64,000 bases of DNA from a phage: NCBI GenBank assembly GCA_019897865.1, contig GCA_019897865.1_4532.1; one strand, 5' to 3'. The notes below the pieces were generated by a model, which was given only the letters and a program-made list of their open reading frames with translations, did not search any database and was not told the origin of the DNA. Shown here piece by piece: positions 60,844-64,000 of the stretch. The position numbers and the translations under genes are program-made. The stretch's first letter is position 1. Every line of letters begins with the position of its first letter.

Positions 60844-61722
60844 ATGTTTGTAAAATCTTTTAAATCCGCTCTGCCTATGGTTGTTGGTGACAATGCTTCT
60901 GTAGCATCCCTTAACAGCATTACAGATATTCCTCTGGAATTTGTAACAGCAGAAGGCTCCCAGTCACACACTATCGGTCTTGTTCGTTTCGAAGATGACT
61001 CTAAATTTGTAAAAGAGTTTTCAGATCTTGAACTGCTTAATGTAGGTCAATCTGTGAAGAAGGTAGATAAAAAGAAAGTTAAACGTATTCTGAATGAACG
61101 TCTAGAAGAAATGCGTCAGGACATGGAGAGCGAAGGTAAAGAGTTTTATGTCGATAAAGAAGTAGTCAAAGCAATGAAAGAAGATATTGAATTTGCACTA
61201 TTGCCTGAAACAGAACCTGAAGATTTCTTTAACTATGTTGTCTTGGATAAAACTACGAATCTTCTTTATGTTCTTAATGGAAGTAAAAAGGTTGCAGAAG
61301 AGATTACTTCTTTCCTCCGTTCCGTCCTGGGGACTTTCCCTTCGGTAGGTTTTAGTGTGCACGAAGAAGCTATTGTAAAAGGTTTTGGTGAATTGCTGGA
61401 GAATCACGAAGCAGATCGTATTACTCTCGGAAATTATATCAAAATGGAGGATAGCGAGGGCGTTGTTGTTTGGAGTAAAGAATCTCTATACGAGTCTAAA
61501 GCTGTCGAACTAAAAGAAGATGGTAAAGATGTTGTTGCAATCGGTCTTGAATATGACGGTGTTGTAGATTTTGTAGTGGATAAAGAGTTTAAACTTTCTA
61601 AACTACGTTTTCCGAAATATTTTGCAGACGAAGAAGGTAGTATTGAAGCTTCAGTCCTTCTGTGCTTCAATGAGATTCGAGGTCTGATGGAAGATTTAAC
61701 CAAAGCAACAATCCTTAAATAA
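60844..61722 (+). CDS. RdgC-like recombination-associated protein
   Basis: 292 aa; ...NLLYVLNGSKKVAEEITSFLRSVLGTFPSVGFS... parallels E. coli RdgC ...[34 protein letters not shown]... Confidence 0.6.
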   Translation: MFVKSFKSALPMVVGDNASVASLNSITDIPLEFVTAEGSQSHTIGLVRFEDDSKFVKEFSDLELLNVGQSVKKVDKKKVKRILNERLEEMRQDMESEGKEFYVDKEVVKAMKEDIEFALLPETEPEDFFNYVVLDKTTNLLYVLNGSKKVAEEITSFLRSVLGTFPSVGFSVHEEAIVKGFGELLENHEADRITLGNYIKMEDSEGVVVWSKESLYESKAVELKEDGKDVVAIGLEYDGVVDFVVDKEFKLSKLRFPKYFADEEGSIEASVLLCFNEIRGLMEDLTKATILK

Positions 61723-61726
61723 GTTC

Positions 61727-61755
61727 TTGACTTGCGGGATTAGTTATGATATTAT
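61727..61755 (+). promoter_or_regulatory. Strong sigma70-like promoter
   Basis: TTGACT (61727-61732), 17-bp spacer, TATTAT (61750-61755). Confidence 0.6.
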
Positions 61756-61784
61756 GCCTACCTACTTAATGAGGTAGGCTTTTT
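61756..61784 (+). terminator. Rho-independent terminator overlapping the promoter discriminator/+1 region
   Basis: GCCTACCT-ACTTAATG-AGGTAGGC (8-bp stem) followed by TTTTT, immediately before the AGGAGG RBS of the next gene. Confidence 0.6.
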
Positions 61785-61794
61785 AGGAGGCGTT

Positions 61795-62004
61795 ATGAAA
61801 AAGATTCTGACAGTCGTTCTTTTAGCTTTTAGTTTCACAGTAGCAGCAGGTCAAATTACTTTAATCTTGTCTGATTCTGAAGTTAATGGCAACACAAAAT
61901 ATTGCTACTATTCTAACGCTAACCAAGATGAAGTTATAGCAATCCCGAAAAGTCGTCAATGTCCGTATACTAAAACATTCTCAACAGAGGATGACGATGA
62001 ATAA
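61795..62004 (+). CDS. Small secreted protein (signal peptide)
   Basis: 69 aa; N-terminal MKKILTVVLLAFSFTVAA signal-peptide-like; acidic C-terminus; AGGAGG RBS. Confidence 0.55.
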   Translation: MKKILTVVLLAFSFTVAAGQITLILSDSEVNGNTKYCYYSNANQDEVIAIPKSRQCPYTKTFSTEDDDE

Positions 62005-62445
62005 TTAGGGGGAAATATTAGCGGTTATATTTTAATTAAACCTGAAGATCTTCATTTATATGTCAACGAAGAAACAATAGCTGCAATTGATTATGATCAG
62101 ATCGCTTTCCAAGCAGCGTCTGCATTAGAGAAAAGAACAATCATTGCGAAGCACATCCCTTCAGGTGCTCAAAAGGAATTTAAAAATAAGACAGAGTTTT
62201 GGGGTAAAAGCAAGACTAAAATTGGAGGTTGGCTAGGAGATACAAATGCAGAAAGAGCCTCCAAAAACAAACGTCCCTTCACAAAGGAAGAGTTCGAAAT
62301 CATTGATAAGCAATATCCGCCAGAAGATATCGGACACACCTTCCAAGCAGCTAAAACAAAAGTCTTAGGTATTCTAAAACATCTACGTTTAGAAAAATAT
62401 TGCGGAGTTATTGGCGTAGGAAAAACTTTCAGACACGCCTTCAAA

Positions 62446-63135
62446 ATGCCTGTAGAATATAAATCTGAACGATTAGATATCAAACCACTCCAGCTTTCAG
62501 AAACCAAAGATTATCTTGTGGAGTTCCACAATGGTGATGTTGTTACTGTAATAGAAGCTGATGATGAGTTAGAGAAGTATGGTTTCCAAGGTTATAAAGA
62601 TTATAAAAGGACGGGTAAATTTTCTTATATCGTTGTATCTATAGATAAAGATAGTTTACATACTCCTAGTATCCTTTTTAATTTCTACAAAGAGGATGGA
62701 GTATTTAAAAATCCAGATATAATTCTTATTGACGAGTCTATTGGCGACATATGGATCGTAGATAAAGGTAAAAAGAAAGAAGTTAAAGGTTGGGGCAGTT
62801 ACTGGTTAGCATATCAGATGCTAATGGGAGATAAAACAGATAGTATCCGACCTTATCAAGATTTTGATATTAAGTTCGGAGATATTACTTGTTTTAATCT
62901 TCTTTCAGCTTGTAAAACTCAAGCAGAACTTTTCCAAACAGTTAAAGATACTTACTACTCATGGTTCCCAGATGGTGTTAATTTTACTTCTTGGGATGGA
63001 GAAGAAGTCCATATGACAACAGATGAATGGATAGAAACAATTTTCCAGTTGGTATACATGAAACGCTGGGATAATGACGATACAACATTTGAGAGTATGC
63101 TTCAGTCATACATCTCGCAACAGGAGGCAGAGTGA
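62446..63135 (+). CDS. Hypothetical protein; frame stays open upstream to 62005 with no canonical start
   Basis: First in-frame ATG at 62446 has no RBS; the same frame is open from 62005, directly after the TAA of the secreted-protein gene, with a GGGGGA SD-like element at 62007-62013. Confidence 0.4.
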   Translation: MPVEYKSERLDIKPLQLSETKDYLVEFHNGDVVTVIEADDELEKYGFQGYKDYKRTGKFSYIVVSIDKDSLHTPSILFNFYKEDGVFKNPDIILIDESIGDIWIVDKGKKKEVKGWGSYWLAYQMLMGDKTDSIRPYQDFDIKFGDITCFNLLSACKTQAELFQTVKDTYYSWFPDGVNFTSWDGEEVHMTTDEWIETIFQLVYMKRWDNDDTTFESMLQSYISQQEAE

Positions 63136-64000
63136 GCAGATTAACAGAAGAGCAGAAAGCAGATATCCTTAGTATGAGTGCAGAGGGTATGTCTTCTCGC
63201 AATATTGCAGCAATTGTTTTAGGTAGTCCAACAAGAAAAAGCACAGTGAACGATTTCCTTGCACGATTCGGAGCAAGTAAACAAGAGCCAGTTAAAAAGA
63301 AACAACCAGTTATTAAAATTATTGATGTTGAAACTGCACCAGAGATTGCATATACTTTCCGTCGATTCAAAGCCTTCATTTCTCCAGATCAAGTAATTCG
63401 TAGGGGTTATTTGTTATCTTACTCTTCTGCCGACCTGTATACTGGTGAAGTGGAAGGTAAGAACTTGTCTTCTTATCCTCTTTTTGATATTGATCATACA
63501 GATGATTGGGAGCTTTGCCAAGATCTTTGGAACCTTCTGAATGAGGCAGATGTAGTTGTGGCACACAACGGATATAAGTTTGACCGTGCATACATTAACC
63601 AACGATTTGCATATCACGATATGGCTCCTCCTTCTAATTATGTAGTTGTTGATACATTGAAGGCAGCTAAGAAACAATTTGCACTTCCTTCCAACTCCCT
63701 TAAAGAAATGGGAGCATATTTCGAAACAGAAAGTGAAAAACTGGATAACGAGGGGTTCCCTTTATGGAAAGCATGTTGTGAAGGTGATCGTGATGCTTTT
63801 GAACGTATGCAGATTTACAATGATGGTGATGTTGTTTCGCTCCGTGATTTGTATATGAAAATCCTTCCGTGGATTCCACAGCATCCTAACTTATCCGCTT
63901 ATTACACAGATGAGAAGGTCCGTTGTTCTCGTTGTGGCAGTGATCACGTTCACGTTGTTACTGGTAAACAATACCACACTGCGGTAAGTTCTTTCGATAT
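63132..64000 (+). CDS. DnaQ-like DEDD 3'-5' exonuclease with N-terminal HTH-like region (partial, 3' end beyond window)
   Basis: Exo I VIKIIDVETAP, Exo II VVVAHNGYKFDRAYI, Exo III YNDGDVVSLRDLY; putative GTG start at 63132 after AGGAGG; runs off the window. Confidence 0.55.
   Translation, partial: MSRLTEEQKADILSMSAEGMSSRNIAAIVLGSPTRKSTVNDFLARFGASKQEPVKKKQPVIKIIDVETAPEIAYTFRRFKAFISPDQVIRRGYLLSYSSADLYTGEVEGKNLSSYPLFDIDHTDDWELCQDLWNLLNEADVVVAHNGYKFDRAYINQRFAYHDMAPPSNYVVVDTLKAAKKQFALPSNSLKEMGAYFETESEKLDNEGFPLWKACCEGDRDAFERMQIYNDGDVVSLRDLYMKILPWIPQHPNLSAYYTDEKVRCSRCGSDHVHVVTGKQYHTAVSSFD

Overview
This window reads as a segment of a large virulent tailed phage with a contractile tail (myovirus-like); no integrase, rRNA or CRISPR array was seen. 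Plus strand, 1-9.7 kb: tandem glycosyltransferase-like genes, T7 gp4-like primase-helicase, an orphan N6-adenine-type DNA methyltransferase, family A DNA polymerase, a small CCA/poly(A)-type nucleotidyltransferase and an SSB. Minus strand, 9.7-48.5 kb: a late structural operon with terminase large subunit carrying a mini-intein in its P-loop, portal, scaffold, lambda gpD/gpE-like decoration and major capsid proteins, sheath, tube, frameshifted tail chaperone pair, tape measure, P2-like baseplate genes, at least six large tailspike/tail-fiber genes, and an overlapping Rz/Rz1-like spanin pair. Minus strand, 49.3-51.3 kb: a tRNA array (12 canonical tRNAs plus non-canonical tRNA-like elements) driven by a repeated CTATTGACAA promoter motif. 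Plus strand, 52.7-64 kb: an early-type block of small ORFs with an RNA-repair-like cassette (metallophosphoesterase, RNA ligase, polynucleotide kinase), a second ligase, MazG-like and RdgC-like genes, and a partial DnaQ-like exonuclease. All calls are from manual reading of the sequence and ORF track: protein motifs were recognised by eye, tRNAs were folded by hand, and no database search or tRNA predictor was run, so coordinates of RNA and regulatory features are approximate.
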